A stretch of 64,000 bases of DNA, from contig NW_005434594.1 of assembly GCF_000315625.1 (NCBI RefSeq), positions 118,482 to 182,481 on the forward strand. The letters are read 5' to 3'. The stretch is from Guillardia theta CCMP2712 (Eukaryota > Protista > Cryptophyta). Positions within the stretch are counted from its first letter, which is position 1; each line of letters opens with the position of its first letter. Below, in pieces: positions 29,601 to 43,096 of this stretch. Under the pieces are notes generated by a model that had not been told where the DNA came from, ran no database searches, and saw only the letters and a list, made by a program, of their open reading frames with translations. The translations under genes and the position numbers were made by a program.

Positions 29601-30127
29601 AACAGCTTGAAAACTCCGTTGCCCGTCACGGCAATCAGGTGGTTGTCCGAAGGGTTGAAGCTGCACTGGTACATGACCGAGTTCGGCGACACGGCTGTCT
29701 TCACTGTCGCCAGAGGCTTTGCCGTCTCCCACGTCCAGATGGTGAGGTTCCACTCTGGAGCCCCTCCCTGCGCCATGAGCAGCTTCGAGTCTGGCGAAAA
29801 GCACAGGGACACAAACTCCTTGGAGTTGGAGCCTGTCGCCGTCAGCAGCCTCCTCCTCCTCAGCGTGTGGAGGTCGAAGATCGTGATAACTCCCTCATCA
29901 TGGCGCTCAGCGACCGCAACGAACTTCTTGTTCGGGCTGACGGCCAGCGCCGTGATCTCTTCAGTCTTGTCGGTGCCAGGGAGGAATCGTTGTATCCTCT
30001 GCTCGAGGTTGAAGATACAGACGTTGTGCCCAACAGCGTACAAGACCGTCTGTTCGTCGACATAGCATACCGGCTCGCGCACGTCCCCCTTGATACCGAA
30101 GTAGTGTCTCAACAGAAGCGCCGCCAT
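24490..30127 (-). CDS. CFAP57: Cilia- and flagella-associated protein 57 (WD40 repeats + coiled coil)
   Basis: N-terminal HYFGIKGDV, WD repeats, [31 protein letters not shown], coiled coil [46 protein letters not shown]; later exons QKEYNRQREYLEKTVDSLKRKL, ENVALVKEINELRRE, REKLPPMEGF. Gap at 27142-27241. Confidence 0.95.
24679..24843. repeat. 22-bp minisatellite (GAGGAGGAAGGAGGGGTATGAA) x7.5 in a CFAP57 intron
   Basis: Seven perfect copies at 24679-24832 plus a partial copy. Confidence 0.92.
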
Positions 30128-31280
30128 TGTAGCAGCTCTGTGCTCCTGCTCCCTCTCCCTCTCCTCCTCCTCCTCCCTTCCTGTATGCCCTTGGAGTGCT
30201 TCCTCGCACTAGGGCTCTAGAGTAACGCTTTGTTGCTTTCAGACTTGCTTGTGCAGTTTAAGCCTCATGCCGCATAATGATTGCAAGAGCGCCACCTGCA
30301 ACAAGAAAATACATGAGCACATTTACAACTCCTCTCACAGCTATGTTGCACCGGACTCTTTCAGCCTACCGCTACCTACATACCCGTTCACTCAGTTCCT
30401 TCTTCTCATAAAGTCATGCGTCTCTAGATCAAGTTGCAGATATCATCCCACCCTGTGATCGTCTACTTCATTCGTAAATATCTACATCCCTCTGTCGCCG
30501 TCATTGCCTTGAGCCCTTGAAATTTTGCACACACAGCCCTTCAGTCCAAATTGTTCTGATTCCTGCTAAGCTGTGGTTGCTATTCACAACCCTTGTTGCC
30601 CACACCCCCCCCTCTCTTGCATCCTTTCCTGTTCCTTTCTCTCCGTCATCATCTATCTCCTCATCCTCCCTCCCTCCCTCCCTCCCTCCCTCCCCGTCCT
30701 CCTTCCCTCTCCTGCCGCCGTCGTCCTGCCTAGCATTGCCTGAACGCCTAACCGTTGACCGAACCCTTACCACCCCCACCCCCAATTTTGAAACAATAAA
30801 GGTGTTGACAATGTACCCTACCTTTCAAGCTTTTAGTGGCCTAAAGAGTATGGGTTATACAGTACCCCTACCCGTTTATATTCGAAAAAAACCAACGTAG
30901 GACGAACGATTTTAGGGTTGCAAAATGCAAGTGGAAGAAGGGGAGGAGGAGGAGGGGGAGGAGGAGGAATAGGAGTAGGAGCAGTAGGAGGAGGCGATGA
31001 GAAGGGAGATGGCAGTGGAAGAAGGACGAGGAAGGGAAGAAGAGTTTGTTGGGATGTAAGATGTGGAGGAAGTAGGAAGAGGAAGGAGGAGGAGAAGGGG
31101 TTGTATCAGGGATAGATTTCCCATCTTGCCTGTACATATCACATAGATTTCCCACGTAACGTGTATATATCACACAGATCTCTCATGTAGCCTGTAAACA
31201 TCACGGGTTGTTTTTAAAATTCTGATTCATTATTCATTGGTCTTCACGCCTATCATGCTTTACACGTTTTCTCTCCCGAG

Positions 31281-33881
31281 TTAATCATGCTGAGGTCCCC
31301 GACGACCTGCGGTCTCATCAGTACATGAGGGATAACGCAGTAGAGGAAAATCGACCGTTGCATACTCTGCCTTCTCGCCAGCCCATGAGAAAGAGAAGTA
31401 CCAATCGCCGAAAGACTCCTAGATACAAAACGAATAAGACTGAGAGTAGATGTTCACACGATACACAAAGTCAGAGATGCTGGTGCTGCTTCTTCTGCTG
31501 CAGGTAGTGATGATGATGGTGATGATGAAGAGGATGGTAGTTGGGATGGTGATGATGATGTGAAGGTTGTTGTTGTTGGTGACGATGGTGATGAGGACAA
31601 CGCTGATGATGATGATGAGGAGGAGGGCCGAGAAACAGAGATGACGAGGAGAGGATGGGAAGGAAGGAAATCCTCTCGCGATCAAACCTTGAGGGTGATA
31701 CGTTGGCATCCAGCCCGCACGAAACCTTTGGACCAGCTCCCACGAAAGTTGCACATCCCGTCGCTTGCAAATTTGAAGTACTCTTGCAAACCATGCTCGC
31801 TCGCCATCAGTGACATCTGATAACAATAGCGTTATACTGCCAATCAAACTATAAGAACGATGCACAGTACATCATTTGAAGTGATCTGGTTGTGGTATGG
31901 CCCTCTGTTGATATAGATCCCTTGCGTTGCAGATTGTTGAACATGCCTTGTTGCCTCCATGAGAGCCTCTGCCCATTCCTTCAAGAACTGCTGCTCTGTT
32001 GCGGTTGTTGTCAGTCAACACACTTCTTACAGCAACACCTTGCCGTTGGGTCTGACAGCATCTGATGGAGTAGCGTTCTGCCATATCGAGGGAGTCATAC
32101 AAGTGTGAGAAGGGTTTGAAAGCTCCACCTCCACCTCGATTGTCACTTGTGTCAGATTCTTCCGTCCTGTCCCGTTGAACATTTGTCTGGAAATACCCAA
32201 CGCCAGCTATAGAAGAAACTCAGATTGAGTATCATCACCTTCATACATCATCGATCATATGAAACATCATAGTGCTATAGTCATGACCATCAGCATCATG
32301 CAAGCTTTGTAATCCACCAATCATCTCAAGAGTCCTGTCATCGCAAACATCAACACTGATCATCAAAGATAGCAGACCGGGGTTATCAACAACAACGAAC
32401 AATCATATCAACAACAACGAACAATCATCCATCATCATCAATCTTACTTTTAGGTGCTCGCAATCATATCCTGACTGCACGACGTACAACGGATTCCTTA
32501 TCTTCTTGGTGATTTCCTGCATGAACAAACAACGCCATTCTTCCCTCGCCCCCATGTTGCATCCCATCTCGGGTACGACAGGCTGCGGGAAATGAAGTGA
32601 GCGGGCGGCAGGCAGATCAAAGGCCAGAATATTTCCTGCCACAATCGTTTTGCTTCTCTGAACTTCTCAGCTACCCCAGCCATTACGTGGCTGTTCAGGC
32701 TGGGCAGGAAGGCTGAATCAGAAAGTCCTATCAAGAGTCCTTGAAAGTTGCTCTCCCCCCTCATCTATTTGTGCACACTCAGTTCCTTTGAAGCTACAAG
32801 CCTTTCCTGAGTCTACCTTGCTTTCCAACCGGTCCAGGTGCAGTCCAACTGCAAGTCCTCCCGAACCACTGCCAGCCAGTATGATCTGTATTCTAAATCA
32901 GTCTTGTGAGCGTGTAGGTTTTCCTCAGGAGGTTTGCTTTGTTAGTCCTATGGCAATAAGAGGGGAATTTCGACGATCGCCAATGCAGGGAAGGGTGAGA
33001 TAGAAGTACATAGAAGGGACAGAAATACGAACTTTTCTCCGTGTGCAACTCTAAAAATCCCTCTTGTATGCTTCTGCTTTCACCTGCTGTGCCTTTGCCA
33101 GGTTTTGGCTCGCAATCAGCGTCGAGATGGTTTCTTCAAAGATGTTGAGGCCTTCGAGCCAGACCGAAGCAGTAGAGTTAATGATGCTTTGTGATGCTGT
33201 GCTACTGAGGGAACTCCCGTCGCAAGATGGAATGACGACCTTAAAGAAACAATGGCGTCATCGATCAATGTCCAGGCTAACAAGAACTTCCTAACCTTGT
33301 TCCATGCGCTGAGGTCGGGATTGTCTGATGTCGAGTCGCTGAGAATCTGGAAACAGTCACAACGATCAGCAAGACATACACACTAGCAGCAAAGATTCTA
33401 CTCCGCCGAGGTTGTTTCTTGCTGCAGGCCAGTCTCCTACAAGACAGCTGTCAACATCGCTCATTCAAATCTCCCTTTCACTTACTACTCGACCCTGAGT
33501 CAGTCTGAGACTTGGCAAGGCATTCCTCTTGGTCAAAACACCAGCCTCCATCTTCCAGGTAGATCTGACAAGAAAACATCGGCGAGTTCCGAGAATAAGA
33601 ACGCTAATCACGTCACCGTCCATGAATCCGAAGGAGAATGCTTGCTGATGTAGAATCCTAGCAGCAGCCTGTCAGCATGATGCACCAAGATCATGTCTTG
33701 TGCAATCTTGGCATACCAGCAGGGGATCCATCAAGACACCTTGATTTGAGTTTCACATGCTCGAACTCAAGGCTGACAGAACATTCAGCTTGCTGGGAGG
33801 GAATGGTGCACTCAAATACCATTGAAGGCTCGGTAAACAAAGAAGGACGATTACAAGGGCATGCCGGGCTCTCAGTATCAT
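31281..33881 (-). CDS. Secreted pectin-acetylesterase/Notum-family alpha/beta hydrolase, probably catalytically altered
   Basis: Signal peptide MILRARHALVIVLLCLPSLQC; spliced motifs CLDGSPAGFY, IYLEDGGWC, DNPDLSAWNKVVIPSCDGSS, IILAGSGSGGLAVGLHLD, LSDSAF, PLYVVQSGYD, GIYINRGPYHNQ, ESFGDWYF. Not evident in the ORF track because the exons are short; some internal exons unresolved. Confidence 0.82.
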
Positions 33882-35461
33882 CGGCCAGCAACAGAACCCC
33901 TGCCCTCGCAGTTGAGAGTCACTACATCATGTGTTGTACTTGAAGTCAGCAATATCTCTACTTGCTGAACGGGAAGTGATCTTCGTTGGTGCACACTACC
34001 CTGCCCTACCCTGCCCTGCCCTGCCCTGCCCTGCACCTCTGCTCCCATGCCTTCATCTCCTCCCTCCCTCCTCTCTCCCACTCGTTGCTCGCCGTCGAGA
34101 GGCTCTCGCGTCCGATTATCATGTAAATAACTTTCCCGTGGAGGGAGGTAGGGTGGATTGATAAAGTCTCGAGGGTAGGGTAGTTATCGATACAGTGAGA
34201 AACAGATAAAATGTGTGGTAAAAGGGGGGTAGGGGTATCTATAACACGGGTGCATAACTCCAGTCAAAATAGTCTGAGGGTGGTAGGGTGGTGAGGGTTG
34301 GTGACTCAGAGTCAAGTTGGGATACCATGGGAGGCGGTTCGGAAGGGAGGGGAGAGGAGGGAGGAGATGGAGAGGAAGGTAGAGGAAAGCAAGCAAGGAG
34401 TGCAGCAGCAGGTAAGTGTAGGTAGAGTGAGAAGAAAGTGGGAGATCGTGGGTGAGGACATGAAAAGGGAGGTGAGGGGAAAGGGGGGCTGAGAGGACGA
34501 GGGGAAAGAAGAATCATCTTTGAATCAACTTCACAGGGAGCAGGGAGGAAGAGAAAGAAAAGGGAGTAGGCGAGTAGAGAGATAGTGCGTAAAGGAGGAA
34601 GATCTGGTGACGATACCATTGGTTTGAGTTTTTTTTTCCTCGTGCAAGGGAACTGGGGTTGGGATCGGGGAACAAGAGAAGTTCTGAGTGTAATCCAACC
34701 AAAACATTCTTCTCAGATTTGTATATAGAAGTGCTGGATGAACGCTGCGGCGGTTTACTCTCAGAGCAACAATGTTTTGACGAGCGGAGTGATGATGCTG
34801 CCCAATGAGTTTCTGGAATGAACAAATTTCTCAAAAGATTTTGGTCAAAACTCTGTGTTCTCTCTTTGCACAGCACAAAAGTCACACAGCTTCCTGGCAC
34901 AAAATGTTTTTTCGCCTCGTTTACTTGCGTGCTGCTGACCTGAACCATACCTACCCTCTTGAACTGATTCTTTCTCTTCCTTTGTCTACGTATCTCTACA
35001 TAACTTCATGCCGCGTCCTTGCTGCAAATTCCCCCGTCCCCGTCCTCCCTTTCTCTCTCCTTCCTTTCCTCCTTGCCACCTTCCGAAGTTCCTTCTCTCT
35101 CTCTTCCTCCCAACTCTCCCCCTTCCCCCCATCTCCTCCCCTCCCTCCTCCCCNNNNNNNNNNNNNNNNNNNNNNNNNNNNNNNNNNNNNNNNNNNNNNN
35201 NNNNNNNNNNNNNNNNNNNNNNNNNNNNNNNNNNNNNNNNNNNNNNNNNNNNNCCTAGGGTCTTTCCTCCTACCCCACCGTGTAGGTCCAAGCTATGTCC
35301 ATTTCAACTACCCCTACTAGTTCAAAGTAAGGGAGAGGAGGTGGGAGGGTCAAGTTGTGTGAGTAGTGCTCTACCTTCACTCAAATGTCGGTCGACATCG
35401 GCATGGTCGCCCCTGTGTTGAAGGACTGGCTACCGAATCGCTATGCAGCCCCCTGCTCCTT

Positions 35462-35650
35462 CTGCTCTACCTGCTCTACCTGCTCTACCTGCTCTACCTG
35501 CTCTACCTGCTCTACCTGCTCTACCTGCTCTACCTGCTCTACCTGCTCTACCTGCTCTACCTGCTCTACCTGCTCTACCTGCTCTACCTGCTCTACCTGC
35601 TCTACCTGCTCTACCTGCTCTGCCTGCTCTGCCTGCTCTACCTGCTCTAC
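35462..35650. repeat. 9-bp tandem repeat (CTGCTCTAC) x21
   Basis: Directly visible; source of the spurious LYL/PAL/VEQ ORFs. Confidence 0.95.
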
Positions 35651-36110
35651 CTGCTCCTCCTGCTCCTCCTGAAACTTCTGATCCTCCTGATACTTCTGAT
35701 CCTTCATTCTGCTCCTTCTGCCCCCCCTGCTCCCCGCTCCTTCCCCCCCCTTGCCCCCTGGCTCCCATATTGTACACTACCTAATCCTCTTGCTGCTTCA
35801 TTTTGCTTGTTTCTGCTCAATCTGTCCCAAACAATGATCCTCGCTTTGATTCATCTTCGTGTCGTGTTTTTCCACTGTTCTCCTTTTGTTCTTTGTTGCT
35901 CTCTCAAACTAGAACATATCTGTGGTTGTCTCATTGCTCGCACAAGGAAAAGCTTGTCTCCATGTACACTCTGCAAGATTCTGAAAATGGAAGAATGATA
36001 GGAGTGATTAGATGGTCCAGCAATGTTTAGCATCTTTACGATCACAAATTCTGATGTGATTTGTAGTTGCTCGGCACCTCGGCATCATCGACCTTCCGTC
36101 GCAAACAGTC

Positions 36111-39100
36111 ATGAAGCACGGAAAGGAAGATCTGAGAAGGAGGCTCAAGAAAGTACACTCGGTCAACTTTGGCCAGAACACTGAGGCAAACATCGTCAGG
36201 ACGAGTTTTGACGACACAGAAGTCAATCAGACGTCGCTAAGACAAGAAGATGAAGAGAAAGACGATACATCGACTGCACAGGATACCCCAAGAGATCGCA
36301 GATCGTTTGATATGCTTCATGACTTCGTGGTAGCTACTGGAGGAGGGGCTGGAAGTCTCATTGGGAAACAACAGTGCTTTGCACTTGGGGTGAAGAAGAT
36401 CGAAAAGGGCAAAGCTGAAACCAAAGTTTCTTTCAGGTATCGCATTCCTTCTGGTTTCTGCGAAGGGAGGTTGCCAAAGCACGCAAAGGACTCGCAGAAA
36501 GACGAATCGTTTACCTCGTTCATATCCCCGGGTGAAGGCTCTGACGTCGCCTTCGGATGCATCTCCTGGGATGCTTCTGAGAATCCTGCATCCTACATCA
36601 GAATCCCTCGGTTGGTCACCCCCATGTCAAGGGAAGGGAGGGGAGCAGCGGACGAGGCAAGGCTAGCATCGCTGGTGGTTTTCTTCATGGAAAAAGTCTG
36701 GCACTTGCGGCCGCCCAAGTTGCTCATCTCCCTTATCGGGTCCTCCCTGGACTTTGACATGAACGTTGAGTCCCGTAACGTCTTCTTCAAGCACCTCGTC
36801 ACGGTTGCCAAGAGCACTCGCGCCTGGATCACGACCATTGGGATCGACGCTGGGGTAGCTAAGATGATCGGAGAAGCTAAGAGAGCTTGCGAAGCTGATG
36901 TCCCTCTTATCGGGTTCTGCCCCTGGGGGCTGATAGAGGGACGGCAGGCGCTGTGGGACAATCCCGCTGACTGCCGCGTCCTTCCTCACATCGAGAAGTT
37001 GCCGGTGAACAACTTTGGGGAGCACGAGAAGAAGTTTGTGACAATGAAGCCGAGGGGAGTGAACAGCGTCAGAATGAATCGAGATCATTCTCACTTCCTC
37101 CTCTACGACGACGGCTCAATTGGGGAGTTTGGAGGAGAGACAAAGCTGAGAATGGCAGTGGAAGCTTGTATCCAGCAGGCGGACAGGGGTGACTTGAGCA
37201 AGATCGGAAAGGAGCTTGCTGCAAGGGGGCTCGGATGGCAGCAAGCAACTCTGTCTTCTGACGAGTCTGCACATGCTGAGGAGGTCAACTCTGTGTGCGT
37301 CTGCGTGCAGGGAGGGCAGGGGACCGTAAAGAAGCTGTTGGAGTCTATAAGAGCTCGTACTCCCGTCCTGCTTGTCAAGGGGTCGGGGAAGGTCGCAGAT
37401 CTGATAGCAGACGCGTTTCACTACAAGAAACACACGCACAGGCCGATCCCGGGGCAGCAGAGGAACTCTCTGGCGTCGGACGAAGAGTTTGGACGTGCTG
37501 GATCTGTCGCATCGACCTCGAGCAGTCATGTTTCGTCGGTAAGAGGAGATAGAGGCGAGATGAGGATGAGAGCGGGGGAAGGAGAAGAGGATGAAGAGGA
37601 GAAGGATAAGGAAAATATGGAGATGGAGATGGAGATGGAGATAGAGATGGAGAAGGAGATGGAGATGGAGATGGAGATGAAGAGAAGAAGAATAAGGAAA
37701 ATATGGAGATGGAGATGGAGATGGAGATGGAGATAGTAATAAAGAGGATGAGATAAGAGGGTAGATCTGGATGGCTGGAATAGGACTGTATCTTTCATGC
37801 GTCAAGACTGATAGTGATTGGCAGGCGTACGAAGTCTCAACCATCATGCAGAGACTGTTCATCAATGACCCTGACGACGAGTGGCTCCAGTCTGATGTAC
37901 AGAAAGCATACGATGTCGACTTCAAGGCTGACTTCGACGAGACCGTTCTCTCCATCCTCGAGATTGCCAGCTCCGAACTTTGCAATGTAAGTCGTCGATG
38001 TAGGTTTTCTATGTTGTTAGCCTGTGCTGTGATGTATGCTGTGAATATTACATCCTTGGCATGGATGCTCTGTTAGCGTCAACGTATCATTTCCTCATAA
38101 TTCCTTGTTCCTGCTCCCAGCTCCTCTCACTTAGTCAGTTTCTCTTCTACTTTGTCGCTTGTCTTTTCTCAGCTTATCCCTCCTCCAGGTATATGACGTC
38201 ACTAACGAGGCTGCCAACAAGGAGCACCACGAGCTTGCAGGGGCGATGCTGACGTGCGTTATCAACAAGCATCTTGACGAAGGGTCTTCATGGACTGACC
38301 TGCTCTCACTCATTGTCGCCTGGAGGCACGTCGGGACGCTGAAGCACGCGCTCCGCAAGCTGAGGACGAGGGAGAAGAAGACGGTGCTAGCGTTGGAGGA
38401 TGCGTTTCATCAGGCGTTCCTCAGTGACGAGGCTGAGATGTGCGAGCTCATGCTGAGATACCACAAGTGTTCTTCCATCTACGATCTCCGCAGGAGGGGG
38501 GAGGAGGACCTGGATGTTGTCCTGCGGCATGCCTGGATGTTGAAGCAGCTCAACAGCGAGAGCGTTTGTCATAAGTGGGCTATCCTGTCGCTCAAGTCCT
38601 TCAGCCAGCTCGGCAGCAAGGGCAGGAGCGTCCCTGCTGTTGCCTACTGGAACGGCTTGCTGGCCGAAGCGCAGCAGATGGGGGAGGTGAAGAAGCTGCT
38701 GGGGAGGGTGGATGCCAGCTGGAGGAGAAGAGTAAGAGGAAGTGCGTGCTTGTTCCCTGCTGACGTCCTGTGGAGGATGTAAGGAAAACGCCAAGTGCAA
38801 GCCAGTCCATCATCGAGTTTGGGATGGTGAGTGCAGGAGGAGAAAGGCAAGGAGAAGCAGAAGCAGAAGCAGAAGCAGAAGCAGCAGGGGTAGGGGCAGG
38901 ACAAGGACAAGGAGCAGGAGCAGGAGCAGGGGAATCGGAAGGGGAAGGGGAAGGGGCAGGAGCAGGAGCAGGGGCAGGGGTAGGGGCAGGGGCAGGATTG
39001 TCTGGTAGGTGGAGAAGGTGTCATATTCTGACGATGCTTCTCTTTTCTTTTTTCTTCGCTGCGTCTCTTCCTCGCCTCTCTTGTTTCTTGTCGCTTTCCT

Positions 39101-40344
39101 CTCCTCTCCCTCTCCCTCGCCCTCCGCTCAAACCGTCTCCTCCTCTCGTTTCTACATCTCGTTTCCTCCTGTTCTCTTTTTGTCATCCTCTCTTCTCACT
39201 ACACCTGACCTCAATCTTCTGATCTCTTCTCAACGCTCCATCTCTCCATCTCTCCTCCTTTCTCATACCAACAGGACAATGTGCGCTTGTTCGAGAAGGT
39301 GTTCAAGTACGTCATGGGCGAGAACTGGTGGTACAAGGCGTCGCATCTTGGACCAACATTCGACCTGTTCCTCTGGTCGCTACTCATGATGCGGTTCGAC
39401 CTCTCCAAGCTCTTCTGGTCCAAGTTGGATGTTCCTGTGAGGGGAGCGCTGCTTGCCTCCACCTTCTACCGCAAGTGGAGCTCCTTGCCAGACGTCAAGC
39501 CGCAGGGTGAGGGGAGGCGACGGCATGCGTGACTTGACCCTTGCGTTTCTTCTCGCTCTCCCTCCCGCTTCTTCTCCCTCCACCCCCCCTCTTCCTCCTT
39601 CCCTCCTCCTCCTCCTCCTTATTCGCTCGCTTCTCCGCACACCTTTCGCTACTCCGCTTGCTCCTCATCGCTTGCATTTCCCCATGCCCTCCTCCTCTTC
39701 CGCTTGTTCTCCTCCTCACTCTCTCCTCAGTTGCTGCCGACATGCAGGCCTTGGCTTCCATCTTCGAGCAGATGGCCATTGACGTCCAGCACATCGCCGA
39801 CTCCATCGACATCCGGCAGTCGCTCGAGAGCATGGAGCGTCCCAGCAGACTGTGGAAGGGACAGAACGGAGTCGACCTGGCTATCCTCGGCGATAGCTCC
39901 TCCTTTCTCGAGTCCTGCTGTACTCAGGCCATAGACTACATGTGGAGTGGTGACCTGCACCCTTACAACCAGGCGCTTGGCCTCTACTCCTCAGTGTTCC
40001 TATGTGTGCTTACCGGCGGCTTTCTTGCCCCATCCTTCCTCAACTACCGCAGGCCTCCCGCTGCAGAAGCTCTCCGCTCCTCTGTGCAGAGGATGAAGAT
40101 CCCCTTCGGGTACCGGTCGCAGAAGCATGTGAGGGAGGGGTACATGGACAGCGAGTTCCAGGAGAACGAGCGGCTGATTTTCTTTCTGCACCAAGAGGCA
40201 GCGAAGAGGTGAGAAGGCGGTGTTTGAGGAGGAGAAGGAAGAGAGAGGGAGTGGAAGAAGGAGAGGGAGAGGGAGAGGGAGAGGGAGGAAGAGAGATGGA
40301 GACGGAGACGGAGCAAGGAGGGAGGAGGAGGAGGAAGAGGAGGA

Positions 40345-40386
<42 letters not shown>

Positions 40387-43096
40387 GAGCGAGAAAGAGA
40401 GGGAGGGGTTGTGAGTGGGAGTGACCTGAAGGGCAGGATGATCGATTCGCGAGGAGGGCAAGGCTTCGAGCTAACAGAGGAAGACATCAATCACTTCAAG
40501 GACATGACGGACTCGGAGGACAACCGCTTACTGAGTTTCTCTGACAAGTGAGGGTGGAGGAAGCGGATGCTTGCGCTGGCTGACCCTTGCTCACAGGTAC
40601 TTCCTCTTCTTTCTCTCCCCCATCACCATCTTCTCGCTCGACGTCATTCTTCAGCTCAGCATCAACATCATGTTCTCCTTCTTCATCTTCCAGGACGAAA
40701 AACGCGCAGGAACTCGATCCTCGAGGTCTGTCTGAGTTCCTCGCACACCACCTCCTCCCTATCTTCTTCCTCTTCCTCCGTGCCCGCTCCCTCATGCTCT
40801 TGCTCGCAACCTCTTCCTCCTCTGTTCCTCCTCCTCTTCAGCTGTTTCTTTCTCCCTCTCTCCTGCCCGTTCTCCAATCTTCTCACCTACCCTTCCCCTT
40901 GTCCTCCTCCTTGTCCTCTTCCTCGTCCCCTTCCTCGTCCTCTTCCTCCTCATCTTTCTCGTTCTCTTCCTCGTTCCTCATCTTTCTCGTTCTCTTCCTC
41001 GTTCTCCTCCTTGTCCTCGTCCTCCTCTTCCTCTCCCTCATCATCATCCTTGCAACTCACTGAAACTCCATCCAGCAAGTCCTCGTTGCCTACCAACTCT
41101 CCACGACAGTCACTGAGATCACCGAGATGATCGTAGAGGGCAAACCCTACTTCTCCCTCCTATGGCACTGGATGCGACTCTTCTCCTTCCTCTTCTTCTG
41201 GCTGGGCTACACCGACATCCTCCAGCGCAAGACCTCCGCCCTCGCCTACCACGAGCACCAGGACGAGCTCTTTCTCTCATGCTCGCTCTGCCTCATGTGG
41301 ATCCGAGCTCTCCAGTTGTTTACAGCACACAAGACACTTGGCCCTCTCGTGATTGTGATGAGGAGAATGAGTCGTGATATGCTCTCCTTTGGTATTATTT
41401 GGGTGATTTTCTCCTTGCCTTCTCCATCGCCATGGATGGGACGGGCATCAACTGCGCGCACAAGTCGCAGGGTGAGAGCAAAATGAGCTCCTGGAGGACG
41501 TGGTGGCTGGTTAGGACGTACTTCCAGGCGTTCGGGCAGGTGACGGAGATGTTTGATGTGCTTAGACTAATGATGATGATGATGATGATGATGATGGCAA
41601 TGCTGTTGATGATGATGGCAATGCTGTTGATGATGATGGCAATGATGATGACGACGATGACGATGGTGGTGGTGGTAGTGGTGGTGGTGATGATGATGAT
41701 GAATGTCGATGATGCAAAGGAGGAGGAGGAGGAGGAAAAGGAGGAGGAGGAGAAAAACTAGTCTAGAAGGAAGCACAGTTCTGCAAGGGGTGGTGGTAAT
41801 TGTGGAGGAAGAGAAAATTGATAGGAAGTTACGAATGTGCAAGAACAAGAAACAGGAGGACAGCAGGGAGGGATGCAAAAGACAGCACGTTGGTAAGAAT
41901 TGAACTGGTAGGACAGGACAGGACAGGACAGGAAAGGACAGGACAGGAAAGGACAGGAAAGGACAGGACAGGACAGGACAGGACAGGACAGGACAGGACA
42001 GGACAGGACAGGAGATGAACGGAGGGAGAAAGAGAGGAAGTGAGAGCAGGAGATTGTTTCTGATATGTTTTCCTTCTCATCGCAGCCATTCTTCGAGGAG
42101 CTCAACACTGTCGAGTCAAACCTACTCACGATCATCATGTGGCCAGTGATGAACCTGATGCTGGTATCTTCTGACTTCTCCTGCCTGTGTATGCAAACTC
42201 CGAAGTCTGGTCATTGCCTAGACTTTTACATCACTGTTCATGTTCATCATCATGTCCATTATCATCGAAATCACAACGATCATGTTCATCATCGCTCCAA
42301 CATGCGGCGATGATTAACATGGATGTCGGCATATTCTTCTTTCTACCTCTTCATCCCCTTGCCCTTGTCCTTGCCCTCCCCCTCCTCCTCTTCCCCTCTC
42401 CTCCTTCTCTTCTCCCTCCTCCTCCTATCCCCTTCCTCTCATTCTCCCCGCCTCCTCCCACTTACCATTCTCCAGGTCAACCTGCTGATCGCCATCATGA
42501 ACGACTCGTACGCGGACGTCAAGGAGAACTCCAAGTTGGAATGGATGGTCGAGATGTACCACATGGCGAAGGAGTACCGCACGCCCTCCCGTCTCAACGT
42601 CCTCCTCCTTCTCTACGACGTGCTCACCTTCATCGTCGTCAAGCCAGACATTGACAAGCGCCTCAAGCAGCTGCTGGGGGAGCAGCAGAACAGCCTGCTG
42701 AGAAAGGCAGAGGATCTTCTCTTCAAGTTCAAGAAGTTTCAGCAGCGCGACATTCCCTGCGTCGACCTCCACGAGAAGCAGAAGGAGCTCGAACGGGTGT
42801 TGGCACGCAAAGAGAGCGAGCTCGAAAGGAGGGAGCGAGAGCAGCTGGAAAACAAGCTCAGCTCTTTCAAGCTGAGAAGGAGGTTCGGCCATTCTCCGCT
42901 GTCCCTTCCCAGCTTGTGGCCCACCTGGTTTTCGAAAAAGGGGCTAGAGTGCAAGAGCATTGCCGAGCTAAGATCCGAGCTGCAGGTCCTGGCGAGGCAG
43001 CAGAAGCAGGACGCGGAGGAGCTGAGAAGGAGCGCGAAGTTCATCTCTTTGGCGCAGGCGAGGTACTTGAGGAGGACGAGCCAGAAGGACAAATGA
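36111..43096 (+). CDS. TRPM-like cation channel (SLOG/MHR N-terminus, TM domain, TRP box, coiled coil); apparent 1-nt frameshift near 41410; true start may lie slightly upstream
   Basis: PKLLISLIGS, AWITTIGIDAGVAKMIGEA, LIGFCPWG, MNRDHSHFLLYDDG, VQGGQGT, PVLLVKGSGKVADLIA (SLOG); DLFLWSLLMMRFDLSKLFW; LGPLVIVMRRMSRDML (S4-S5); YFQAFGQPF (pore); VNLLIAIMNDSYADVKENSKLEW (S6-TRP helix). Confidence 0.9.
41911..42011. repeat. (GGACA)n pentanucleotide repeat in a TRPM intron
   Basis: Directly visible, with a few GGAAA variants. Confidence 0.9.
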
